DNA from: Balanoglossus misakiensis
Taxonomy: Eukaryota; Animalia; Hemichordata
Assembly (NCBI GenBank): GCA_040954595.2
Contig: CM082587.2
Coordinates: forward strand, 5,382,206-5,446,205
Reading direction: 5' to 3'
DNA length: 64,000 nt
Shown: positions 16,734 through 28,535 of the stretch, piece by piece
Layout: the number at the start of each line of letters is the position of its first letter
Position numbering within the stretch: the stretch's first letter is position 1
The notes under the pieces: generated by a model
Database searches by the model: none
Told to the model about the DNA's origin: nothing
What the model saw: the letters and a program-made list of their open reading frames with translations, nothing else
Position numbers and translations under genes: made by a program

Positions 16734-19700
16734 TTATTTTCTGATATGCTGCTTCACTTGAACCGGTATGTTGCTTATACTGTCCAGTTTCTGAAACAGT
16801 CTCGCCCTCTGCTCATTATCTGGTACCACATTAATGGCCGACGTCACAGCCCTCCTCTGATTGGCCATCTCCTGCACGACTGCCACCCCATTGGCCGCTT
16901 TGAATTCTTCCATTATATTCAATAGCTCCAGCGTCAGTACGAACACATTCTCTGTTACACCAACTGGAGTGATCGACAAGGCCAGGCAACTGTTACACAA
17001 TAGCTGTGTTATGGTGAATACTTTTGGCTGTGAGGGGGACAGATTATCTTCTGCAAGATCCTGTAAATGGACAAAAAAAATTTATGATCTATAGTTTATG
17101 TTCTTTATGTACCAATGGGGAACAAAAATGACATCTGTAATGTTGCATACCTTAACGGTTCCGGCATAAAGTTTGGTTATGTGTCTCCATAGTGACAAAG
17201 ATGTCCACCCTACGCACAACTCGTCAGAAAGGATTTCCAGCACTGACGTCAACAACTGGGAGATGGAGAGTGGCCGCAAAGACTCTAAAACGAAAATAGG
17301 TATTAGAAATTGAATTAATGCATTGATTTTTGGACCCACACTGAGGCATCTAACGCAAAAAAATGTTAGCACTCTTGATACTGAGTCAACAACGTGCAAC
17401 ACAAACCAACGCACTTTCAACGACAATGATTTACCTCGGAACTCATGGAAAGGCAGATGTTTCATGAACCTTGTACTGTACGGCACCCTGAGAATCCCAT
17501 CCTGCATCAGGTGCTGCAGGACAGCAACGATAGCATCCCACTCTGCCCTGGTGCACTGTGGGAGGACCTGGACCGACGCAATCAACATCTCTTTGTACAC
17601 TTCTGCCGGTGGTGGTAAACTGTCCTTCCTGAGAGACTGTAAAAATGGAGACATAATGCAACGTCTTCAAGACACTGAAATCAGATTGATAGTCAGATTG
17701 CTAGAAATACATATTGAATTGTAAATGACTGGTTAAAAAAAAATTAAAAAATATGGACAAACCTTCATCAATGTTGCAGACATTTGTGTAGACACTCTAC
17801 AACCTTGCAGAAAAGCTAGAAATCCACCAGATGCTGCATCTGTACCTGATGTAGAAAGGTCCATGAGCTGGACTGACTGCCACTCTCTGCTTGGCAAATC
17901 ACAGATGAACAGCAGTGAAGCTGGGACATACTGTAAACACATATACATGTAGAATGTTAATCACAAGGACTGAAATCACTGCAGAATTTAAAAGTCCTCA
18001 AAGATGAAGTTAAACAAAAATTTTCACAAAAGGAGAGAGATCCACTTTATTAGCAGTACTTACTTGTATATGTTCACTGCAGACATCGCTTAGGAAAGAA
18101 TTCAGATGGAGAGCCACAACCCAGTCCATACTTTGAAGTCGGTTCTTTAGCCACACAACACCAACTTCGTCAAGCTGACCTTTGGTAGAATCACAAAGCA
18201 CAATAATTTGTTATCGAGACATAAACTGTCAAATTGTGGAAATAACATGTCCATGGATCTAAAGACAATGTCAGTCATGAAATAAAAAATTATTGTATTA
18301 ATACCTCTCCTCAGACCCACTTTCAGAACTTCTGCAGCCTCTTGAAGGAGCTTCACAGTCAACTCTTTGATCTCCAGCCTGTTACCACAGCAACCATTAC
18401 CGCTATCCCACAATACATTGCACACTTCCAACAGCCTACACAGGCAAAGCATGATGGGAAATGGGTTCAGGTCAATCATCCAGTGGCTACTGTCCAGCAC
18501 CCCAGCGGTTCCCATGGCAACTTTCAAAAGCTTCAGCGCTATTCCCGTCGGCAGAGAGTCGTCGGTTTGTCGGGAGTCTAGACTGAGGTAGGGCAGAATG
18601 CAGATTTTCACCACTTCTTGGACATCCATCAGCGGGGGTTGCGAAAACGGGTTTGTTTGATCAAGGGGTGACCTGTAGGGCTGCAATTCAATAGGAAATA
18701 CAGTGAGTGACTCTTTTTCATGCTTTTCCATCTTAATCATCTTTTGGCTGAAAGGTGGCACAGTACGAGCTGTGTTTTTCTAAGAAGCCTATTGTCAACA
18801 AATGGACAGACAGACAGACGGTGAACAAACAGATTGCTACCATGTCAGGCCAGCCAGACCAACAGAACCAAAAGCATGGTCACAAAAATCACTAGCCCAC
18901 TGGCTCACAATTACAGGCACACAACTGAACTCACTTTCAGTAATAAGCTAATCAGTTCCAGAAAGTTGTTCCGTTCTGTAGTGGATTCTAATGATGTCAT
19001 ACCGGTCTGTGCCAAACAGTGACACAGAAGAGATTCACCAGAACTCCTCTTGTACTTGCAACAAGACGCCATACACTGCAGTATCTGGGGGAAAAAATTA
19101 ACGTCACTCATTTTATTCCACTTTTTGTCATACGCCCAATGATTGTTTGGACCTATACCTCAGTTCAAGGGATCTCCCTTCTGACCACAAGGGAATTTCG
19201 CAGAACAAACATTGAAGATATTTTGATACGCTAACTGTTGTGAGTGCATTTGTTAGAACTTTACATGTACCTGAACAATGATCTGAACTTGTGCAGAGCT
19301 TGTTGTTGCTATGGAGACAGCTTTGCTGAGAATCTGGTATGGTGACTGGAAAGCCAGACAAGAAACTTCGGCCAAAACCTGAAGCAAAATGGAAAACAAA
19401 ATTCAGAAACTAGATCGACACAACACTGTGAGGACTCATAGCAGGCAGATTGTGTAGGAAGAAATATAAACTCTTCTGAAGTGAAATAGACAGATTATAC
19501 AGTACAGTTATCAATGCCTTCATCAATCACCTTTAGAATGCAACTCAGTTTTGATCACTTACCTCACGGAAATCGGACCTTTTGTCAACGTGGACAAGCT
19601 GGTTGAACACGGTTGTCAAGTGTTGGTGAAAGGTGTCTGACAGGGACTGCTCAAACAGGGTTGGCAGGCCGTGACTATTGACCAGGTGGTCTCGGATCCT

Positions 19701-22241
19701 GTTCTGTGATTCTATTGGCAGGGACGTGAAGCACTCGAGCAACACCTGGAAAAGAATAATCACAGTACTGCCATCACTCATGTACAACATTGCACAACAA
19801 TAATGAATTAGTATGATAATGAGATTATATTCTCTTTAATCGTTCTGGGGAGAACAATGTACATGTATAAGTCATCAGCACTCTTTCCTTCAAAGCCCAT
19901 GCACCATGTACCTGTATGTATTAAAATCAAATACTGGATTCATATGGTGAAACTCTCTCATATATCAAGATGACTGTTACATGTAATTGAAATTTAGATG
20001 TGGAAATATCATTCACCTCTTTCAGTTGTAAAACCAGGTCTCCTTCATCTGTTTCACATGCTTGGCCACTGACGTCATGCAATATTTGAATCAGATGTAA
20101 TGCAAACCTGGAAGCACAAAATATTGTTTAAAAAATCATAAAAACAATGTTTTAAATGTATACAATGCGCATTTCTATGATCCAAATGACACAGACAGAA
20201 TCACGATGTCAGCTACCTAATCACTTTTTTCTAAGTATCCTCAAGAAGAGTAACAAGGTGTTTGGTACAACAGGGGCAGGAGTCAGACAGCAACCTCACT
20301 TACCTTGTTGATGGCATTGCTGGCAGATTTTGTGTGAGACAATCTATCCACCTCCGATCGGAAAACCAGAGTTGCTTGCAGTCTGTCAGCAGCCACTCCA
20401 TGCATTCTACAGAAAAGAAAACCATGTATCTGTTAGCAGACAACAATTCACTTCTTCAACCTTCTCCGTACACTTGGCCATTGCCCGACGCCATTTACAA
20501 TTTGAGAAGATTCCAGTTTTGCATGTGGGCCAAAAGATGCAAAGTTGCCTCAGTGCGAAAAAAGTAATCACAATTTCATAAAAGAATGATATAATTAATA
20601 TTTGGGTACTGACCTTGGTAACGATCCAATCGTTCCTTAACCCTCAAAAAGGCATCCTCCAACTTGATTTCAAAATCATTATTGCACATGGTGGTGTCCA
20701 ATGATAATTCTGTATCGTCTTCCATGGGTTTGTCAGGAGCAAGAGAATTACTGCCCAGCAGCTGTGTTACACTCTTTAACTTTTCACACAGTGTTTCTAC
20801 CTTCTGTCTCAAATCTGAAAGACACACAGAGCCCTGCGAGGCCGAATCCTGCTGCTTCAAAACGTCACCAGCTAGCAAAATTTCCATCGTCCTGTGCAGT
20901 CTAACAAGCGTGTCCAAGAAACTATCAAGAGACTCACACTGTCTCATGTCGGCTTCACGTTTCTCAGGTGAATCAGACAGCAAGTCTGGCCACACATTCA
21001 GTAATATCTCCCAAAGGAGATGAATGGGGATCGAAATCAACTCGTGTCTTCCGTGCCAGTCAAAAAGTTTCTCGGCCTCAAGACCACCACCACGTAAAAC
21101 CTCATTTTCCAGGCTCTTTGTGAGATTTCCAATTTGTGCACTGCCTTCCAAGTTAAAGCTTTCATGCAAAAGACTCTTCATTCTTCTGCAATACTGTATA
21201 ATCTCAGTTCCTGTGAGATCCTCCCTTGACCCCTGACCTTTGTCCTCGTGACCTCTAGCTGTAACTGAATCCACCACCACAACGGAATATATGAAGTTAG
21301 CAAGCAGTTTCGCAATCCTTCTTTTCGCTTTCAAATCACATATCTTGTTCTTCATTGTGTCGAATGACTTCATCAAAAGAGACAGCACTTGGCTTCCACT
21401 CATCCAAGCATCTCCTGAGCTTTCTTGCAAGAACGTCATGGCTGATTGGAGCATATCTATCCACAACTGGACATCAGAGTCCTCAATGTATGTCGCAATA
21501 CAGTCCAGCAACTCTTCCATGCATAGCTCCTGGCTCTGACGTGGTAATTTCATGATACACTGTCAAATGAAATAAGGTTCAACTGTTAATTACAGCCAGT
21601 GACCATAAATGTACATGTATCAAAATGAAATCATGAGGGATCAGTGGGAGGGGCGTCCACAGAACAGGTACAATGTACACACATTGTACCTGTGTGTGTG
21701 TGTGGGGGGGGGGGGGGTAATCAGCCCCCCCCCCCCCCCCCCCCCCAACGGTACAGCTGCGTACCACAGCTTGTATAGAGTTGAAATGGTTATAGGAAGA
21801 AACCGATCAATACCAAAACAAAAGCAACTAATTCATAGATACCTCAATGCACTCTTTGCCCATACATAAATTCTTCAAAAGTGTTACATACACTGGTGTG
21901 CTGAATGGCGGAAGCGACATGACAACTCCGTCAAACCCAGGGAGATCGTTTACTCCCATGCCGGTGTTCACGTCACCGTTACTCTTCGCTTTCGTCTGCG
22001 TTCTCTGCAACCATCTCACAAAAATGGCAGCGTGGATCTTGAAGCGGGCCAGTTCTTGTTCAGTGGCGTCGTGGTCACCGGAGAGGCCGGTAACGACGTC
22101 GTTTACAGCGTCTCCGATGATTTTCACATAGGGCCCGCAGTCATGTTTACGTTCTATGTCACGGAGGGTTATCGGCTGTGCTTGCTTCTGGGTTAAAAAG
22201 AAAGCACCTTGCAAGACGGCAATTTCTTCGCTGAATTCCAT
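16734..22241 (-). CDS. GEMIN4: Gem-associated protein 4 (SMN complex), multi-exon
   Basis: N-terminus MEFSEEIAVLQGAFFL resembles vertebrate GEMIN4 (EEMTILHGGFLL). Long helical, Leu-rich exons (22241-21843, 21559-20614 and several more down to the stop at 16734) are joined by GT-AG introns. Internal exon boundaries were not all resolved. Confidence 0.75.
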
Positions 22242-22765
22242 TTCGATAACATTACACAGTGGAGAAAGTTCTCCCTCTGTGTAGACAGCGCTAAATGCTA
22301 TCGACGAACTGGAAACGTCTTCGCTACCACATGTCAACAGTGGAAGACGCCATCTTTTTTTGACGTAGAGGATGTTGGGTCGGGTCATCCGAGGTCACCT
22401 TGGTCATCTTGACCTTTGACATGACCCAATTTTATAGCGCCCCAGACAGGGCGGGCCCGACTGCACTGACAATGACCAGTCTGTTACGGCCATAAAGAAC
22501 GTACTGAACTGGGGCAGCGCAATTACTCGGCAAATGAAATAACTTACTTGTGCCAACAAACTTCTTTTCCCCGGCTGAAGGAGGTAAGTCAAATTTAGTC
22601 AGGTGTATAATCCACAGTCAAAAAAAAAAAGCAAATGAAACTTCCTTACTTGGGGGCGGGGCCCCTTGCTATAAAGCCTATGGAAGGAATCTTGATAGTC
22701 AGTTACTATCTAGTATCAAATAATTGCTTCTCTTGTTTCAGACTGGACTCAATCACGCACACAAG

Positions 22766-24867
22766 ATGTTTTCCAGAGAAACAGTTCTTACCATAGCAAC
22801 CACCTCCTCCCTGGGCATTGGTCTTGTCGCTTTGGCATACTGGCAAAGGAAAAAGAAGAAAATACCAGTTTCAGACATCAAATTCGGGAAGGAGATGAGA
22901 GAGGCAGAGTTCTTTTTTCATGATGACATCACACCGTGTAACCATGGTTCATATGGGGCTGTACCAAGAACAGTGTTTGATGCAAGATACAGGTAAGATA
23001 TGGGCTGTAATGATTTGGCAGGAAGTCATACATATCAGGTATCCACAGCAGATACAGCCTTGACATTTGCTGGTTACCATGGGAACCACTTGGGCCCTGC
23101 CAATGCTGCTTGCAGCTTTATTTTCAATGAAAGTTTCCTGAAGAAAGTATTTCCGTTTCTGTATATCTTAATTGCTTCCACAAATAAAACATTTAACATT
23201 GATGTTGTTCCTAGACTTCTACTAGAATACGAACAAGGCCCAGAACTTTTTGAGAATTTAAAATATGCAAGGTATCATGATGAAGCATGCGAAGAAGTTG
23301 CTCGGTTTGTTGGTGCCAAGAAAGAAAACTTAGTTTTTGTGAAAAATGTAACTACAGGTAACTATAACAAATATAATTGCATTTCAACAGGTTTAAAATA
23401 TTCACGACTGACATTGCCTGCATTTTATGGTTTCTTGAATACTTTTACCGATCGTACATCTTTTAACGAAGCTGTTTTTGTCATTTTGCTAAAGGAGTTT
23501 CAGCAGTACTGAAGTCCTTAAAACTCGCGAATAAAGGTGACACTATACTCGTACTTAACCTGACCTATCCATCAATGGTCTATGCTGCTGAGGATACATA
23601 TGGTAAGATTACTCATTGTTCTCCCTACAAGTATTTTGATACTTTCTTCCTTAAAATGGCAATAGTAACAAAACCCTGTGTATAAACTCTGTGTATTATA
23701 CAATGTACTCAAATTGTCTGCATTAATTGGACCTTCCATTGCGATTGCCATTGCAGGCGCAAATGTTCTGAACATGGACATCAAGTTTCCAATCGACAGC
23801 AAAGAAGATCTGATTCAAAGATACAGAGATATCTTCTCTTTGAATCCCTCCATCAAGATTGCAATCATAGATCACATCAGCAGTTCCACTGCATTGCTCT
23901 TTCCTGTCAAAGAACTGATTGAACTGTGTCATGAGTTTGGGATACAGGCACTCATCGATGGTGCTCATGCCCCTGGTCAAGTTGCCTTGAACTTGGAGGA
24001 TCTGCAGGCGGACTATTACACAGGTACAGTGTTATATCATTCAAAGAGTTGATATATAGATAGAATCAAAGTGTTTAGAGAAAGGTTTTGATGTATTTCA
24101 GAAATTATTCTTATTTTTTCTTCCAGGGAACCTGCACAAATGGCTGTACACCCCAAGGGGCGCAGCGATCTTGTGGGTTCATCCGAAACACCACGGCGTG
24201 ATCAAGCCACTGGTGACCTCCCATTTTTGCAGAGAGAGTATGCAGAAGCAGTTCTTCATGCAGGGAACACTGGACAACAGCACCTACCTCGCAGCGCCTG
24301 CCGCTATCCAGTTTTATAAAGACATCGGAGGGATGGTGAGGGGTGTTCTTACTTAGCAGGCATTTAAAAACCTAAGTTTTCACCACCATTGGCTGTATAC
24401 AGCAAGGATTTAATAATTAGTCATAGTGTTGTATTGTTTGTAATAATCTGCTGTGCTCCATTTGTGACCATGACAACTGCTGACTTACTGAGCATTACGT
24501 CATTCTTCCACAGGACAAAATACACAGCTACACCAAGTCCCTTCTGGACTGGGGCATTCCCATGCTAGCCGAGGCGTGGGGAACTGAACCCTTTCCGTTG
24601 CCGGCCGACATGAGAGCTCCCCACATGCGGATGGTGCGGATACCCAGCTCTCCGGAAAAGCACGAGATCGCCAGCCAGTGGGCCGTGGATATCCTGGCCG
24701 GGGTTTTCGACAAGCACCGCATCCACTGCGCGCCGGTGGAAGTGCAGAATCAGTTGTGGTGTCGAGTGTCTGTGAATATTTACAGCACCAAAGAGGATCT
24801 GATAAAACTAAAGGATGCCGTGCTTGATGTTGTGGGCGTAGACAAGAACAAGAACAGGAAAGACTGA
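22766..24867 (+). CDS. PLP-dependent class V aminotransferase-fold C-S lyase (Egt2 hercynylcysteine sulfoxide lyase / L-cysteine desulfhydrase / CefD-like), copy 1
   Basis: Six coding exons. Motifs NHGSYG, FVKNVTTG, DHISS, IDGAHAPGQ, GNLHKW (PLP lysine) and QGTLD. N-terminal hydrophobic helix followed by RKKKK. Confidence 0.9.
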
Positions 24868-25002
24868 TAATGACGGGATGTCAGTTTTGAGTTCTTGTAA
24901 TGCACTTGTCACATGACGTGATTTTTATGATAGTGATGCAGTGATCTGGGGTTGCACAATGATGTTGCTGTGAACAATATTTGATTCATATACGTGTGTA
25001 CT

Positions 25003-25331
25003 AAAAATGCATGTTTTTTATGTGTGAAATAATCTGTAGAACCACAGGGTAGTCAAGTTCCAAGAGGTTTATTCCTTACTTCCAATCCTAAGAATACACA
25101 GTTGGAATTGAGAGCTACGTTTTCGATGTGACTAGCACATCTTCCTCAGGCTCAATAACAATGAGAAAGTAAATTTGCAAATGTCAGAGAAAAACAAAAG
25201 AGGGTGTTCATGTGACCCAGAATAGACAAAGGCCAAGAAAGTGACAAGTTTTGATTTCCTGTAGGCCAGTATCTCGCTGTCATCTACATAATCTCTGCTG
25301 TGATGCAAATTCCTCACGTGAGTTGCAAGCA
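25003..25331. mobile_element. About 330-bp insertion in the 3' UTR of lyase copy 1
   Basis: Copy 2 reads cgtgtgtact|taacctcaataaa contiguously (28651-28673), whereas copy 1 has this extra block between the same flanks. Confidence 0.55.
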
Positions 25332-25367
25332 TTAACCTCAATAAATATGTGAATATTAATATCACAG

Positions 25368-25415
25368 CTATTTTAACGCACCTCGTAGGACGGCAATTTC
25401 TTCGCTGAATTCCAT
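25368..25415 (-). pseudogene. Truncated duplicate of the GEMIN4 5' end (MEFSEEIAVLRGALK*)
   Basis: 25378-25560 is a near copy of 22204-22390. The frame runs off the duplication junction into a TAG after 15 codons. Confidence 0.85.
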
Positions 25416-25821
25416 GTCGATAACTTCACACAGCGGAGAAAGTGTTCCCTGTGTGTAGACAGCGCTAATGCTATCGACGAACTGGAAACGTCTTCGCTAC
25501 CACATGTCAACAGTTGAAGACGCCATCTTTTTGTTGACATAGAGGATGTTGGGTCGGGGCCGGGTCATCTAAGGTGTCATCATGACCCGATTTTATAGCA
25601 CCCCAGGGCGGGGCGGACTGCACTAGTTAATGGCAAGGCTGTTTTAGCCAGCCACTTCACAGACAACGTACTGACCTGGGGCAGCACAATTACTCGGCAA
25701 ATGAAATAACTGTTACTTGGGCCAACAAACTTCTTTTCCCACGGCTAAAGGAGGTAAGTCAATTTAGTCAGGTGTATAATCCACAGTTGGAAGGAATCTT
25801 GATATTCAGTTACTATCTAGT

Positions 25822-25888
25822 CCAAGCAGAAAGGGGTCTTTAATATGGGAGCGCGATATTTATGACCATAAGACCCCTTTCTGCTTGG
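25822..25888. repeat. Perfect 19-bp inverted repeat (mini-MITE-like hairpin) in the 5' UTR intron of lyase copy 2
   Basis: CCAAGCAGAAAGGGGTCTT (25822-25840) and AAGACCCCTTTCTGCTTGG (25870-25888). Absent at the homologous site in copy 1 (about 22713). Confidence 0.85.
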
Positions 25889-25944
25889 GATGGCCCAAAT
25901 AATTTCTTCTCTTGTTTCAGACTGGACTCAATCACGCACACAAG

Positions 25945-28535
25945 ATGTTTTCCAGAGAAACAGTTATTACCATAGCAACCACCTCCTCCCTGGGCATTGG
26001 TCTTGTCGCTTTGGCGTACTGGCAGAGGAAAAAGAAGAAAATACCAGTTTCAGACATCAAATTCGGGAAGGAGATGAGAGAGGCTGAGTTCTTCTTTCAT
26101 GATGACACCACACCGTGTAATCATGGTTCATTTGGCGCTGTGCCAAGAACAGTGTTTGATGCAAGATACAGGTAAGATATGTGCTGTAATGATTTGGCGG
26201 GAAGTCACACAGCAGATACAGCCTTGGCATTTGCTGGTTACCATGGGAACCACTTGGGCCCTGCCAACGCTGCTTGCAGCTTTATTTTCAATGATAATTT
26301 CCTTAAGAAATTATTTCTGTTTCTGTTGAATGTTGTAGGTTTAATTGCCAGATAAGATCAAGGTAGTTCTTGCTTCCACAACTAAAACATTTAACATAGA
26401 TGTTGTTCCTAGACTTCTACTAGAATATGAACGAGGCCCAGATCTTTTTGAGCATTTTAAATATCCAAGGTATCATGATGAAGCATGTGAAGAAGTTGCT
26501 CAGTTTGTTGGTGCCAAGAAAGAAAACTTAGTTTTCGTGAAAAATGTAACTACAGGTAACTATATAACAATTGTATCTTTTGGTTTCTTTGCTCATAATT
26601 GCATTTCAACAGGTTTAAAATATTCACGGCTGACATTGCCTGCATTTTATGCTTTCTTGAATATTTTTACCGTACATCCTTTAACGAAGCTGTTTTTGTC
26701 ATTTTGCAAAAGGAGTTTCAGCAGTACTGAAGTCCTTAAAACTGAATAAAGGTGACACTATACTCGTACTTAACCTGACCTATCCATCAATGGTCTATGC
26801 TGCTGAGGATACGTATGGTAAGATTACTCATTGTTCTCCCTACAAGTATTTTGAAACTTTCTTTCTTAAAATGCCAATAGTAGCAGTGAAATGCAAAGGA
26901 CTTACATATTCAAACCCTTGTCAGAGGTCACTGGTGGTCATGGTGCTAAAGGTTATTCACGCCAGGCATGCACAAGCTAAAGTGTTTAAACATACAGCGT
27001 TGCAAAAATGAAGTTCGGAGATTATATTAGTACAAAAGTAATGTAAAAAAGAAAATCTTTTTAGATCGGACACATCCTATTTTTAGATATCACCGCAAAA
27101 TGTGTGCGCACTGAATAGAGACACATGAGGAAAACCCTCTGCACAAATTCTGTGTATTACAATATACTCGGCTGTTCAAATTGTCTGCATTAATTGGACC
27201 TTCCCTTGTAATTGTTAACACACAGGTGCAAACGTTCTGAACATGGACATGAAGTTTCCAATCGACAGCAAAGAAGATTTGATTCAAAGATACAGAGATG
27301 TCTTCTCTTCGAATCCCTCCATCAAGATTGCAATCATAGATCACATCAGCAGTTCCACTGCTTTGCTCTTTCCTGTCAAAGAACTGATTGAATTGTGCCA
27401 TGAGTTTGGGATACAGGCACTTATCGATGGTGCCCATGCACCTGGTCAAGTTGCCTTGAACTTGGAGGATCTGCAGGCAGACTATTACACGGGTACGGTG
27501 TTATTTGTAACCTATGATAATTATCATTCAGAGAGTTGATCTAAGATAGAATCAAAGGGTTAGAGAAATTCAGGTTTTGATGTATTTCAGAAATTATTCT
27601 TTTTTTCTTCTTCCAGGGAACCTGCACAAATGGCTGTACACCCCAAGGGGCGCAGCGATCTTGTGGGTTCATCCGAAACACCACGATGTGATCAAACCAC
27701 TGGTGACCTCCCATTTTTGCAGAGAGAGTATGCAGAAGCAGTTCTTCATGCAGGGAACACTGGATAACAGCACCTACCTCGCAGCGCCTGCCGCTATCCA
27801 GTTTTATAAAGACATCGGAGGGATGGTGAGGAGTGTTCTTACTTAGCAGGCTTAAAACCCTTTCATCGCCATACCGGTAGTTCAGTCCCGGCCCATTGTT
27901 TTCTATGGTAAGGTTGGACCTCCATAGAGGGAAATGCATGGGGGTGATAGGGTTAAAGGAGGCATGCTGGTCCACTGGGAATTAAGGGAACCAAACTCAC
28001 TGTCAGAGGATTGTGGGTTTTAGGCCTCGCAGTACTTTGAGAGATCTTGGAGCATTGGCTGTATACAGCAAGATTGTGCTCGGCAATTCGATCTAATACA
28101 GTCATACTGTTGTATTGTTGTGCTCCATTTGTGACCATGACAACTGCTGACTTAACAGTGTAACGTCATTCTCTTCCACAGGACAAAATACACCGCTACA
28201 CCAAGTCCCTTCTGGACTGGGGCATTCCCATGCTAGCCAAGGCGTGGGGAACGGAACCCTTCCCATTGCCGGCCGACATGAGAGCTCCCCACATGCGGAT
28301 GGTGCGGATACCCAGCTCTCCGGAGCAGCACGAGATCTCCGGCCAGTGGGCTGTGGACATCCTAGCCGGGGTTTTCGACAAGCACCGCATCCACTGCGCG
28401 CCGGTGGAAGTGCAGAATCAGTTGTGGTGTCGAGTGTCTGTGAATATTTACAGCACCAAAGAGGATCTGATAAAATTAAAGGATGCCGTGCTTGATGTTG
28501 TCGGCGTAGACAACAACAAGAACAGGAAAGACTGA
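25945..28535 (+). CDS. PLP-dependent Egt2/CefD-like C-S lyase, copy 2
   Basis: Same six-exon structure and motifs as copy 1 (NHGSFG, DHISS, DGAHAPG, GNLHKW). The frame is intact, with one in-frame codon deletion in exon 3. Confidence 0.9.
27852..27957. mobile_element. MITE-like repeat in the last intron of lyase copy 2
   Basis: AACCCTTTCA...TGATAGGGTTAA ends, similar to 4641-4732, and absent from the homologous intron of copy 1. Confidence 0.55.
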
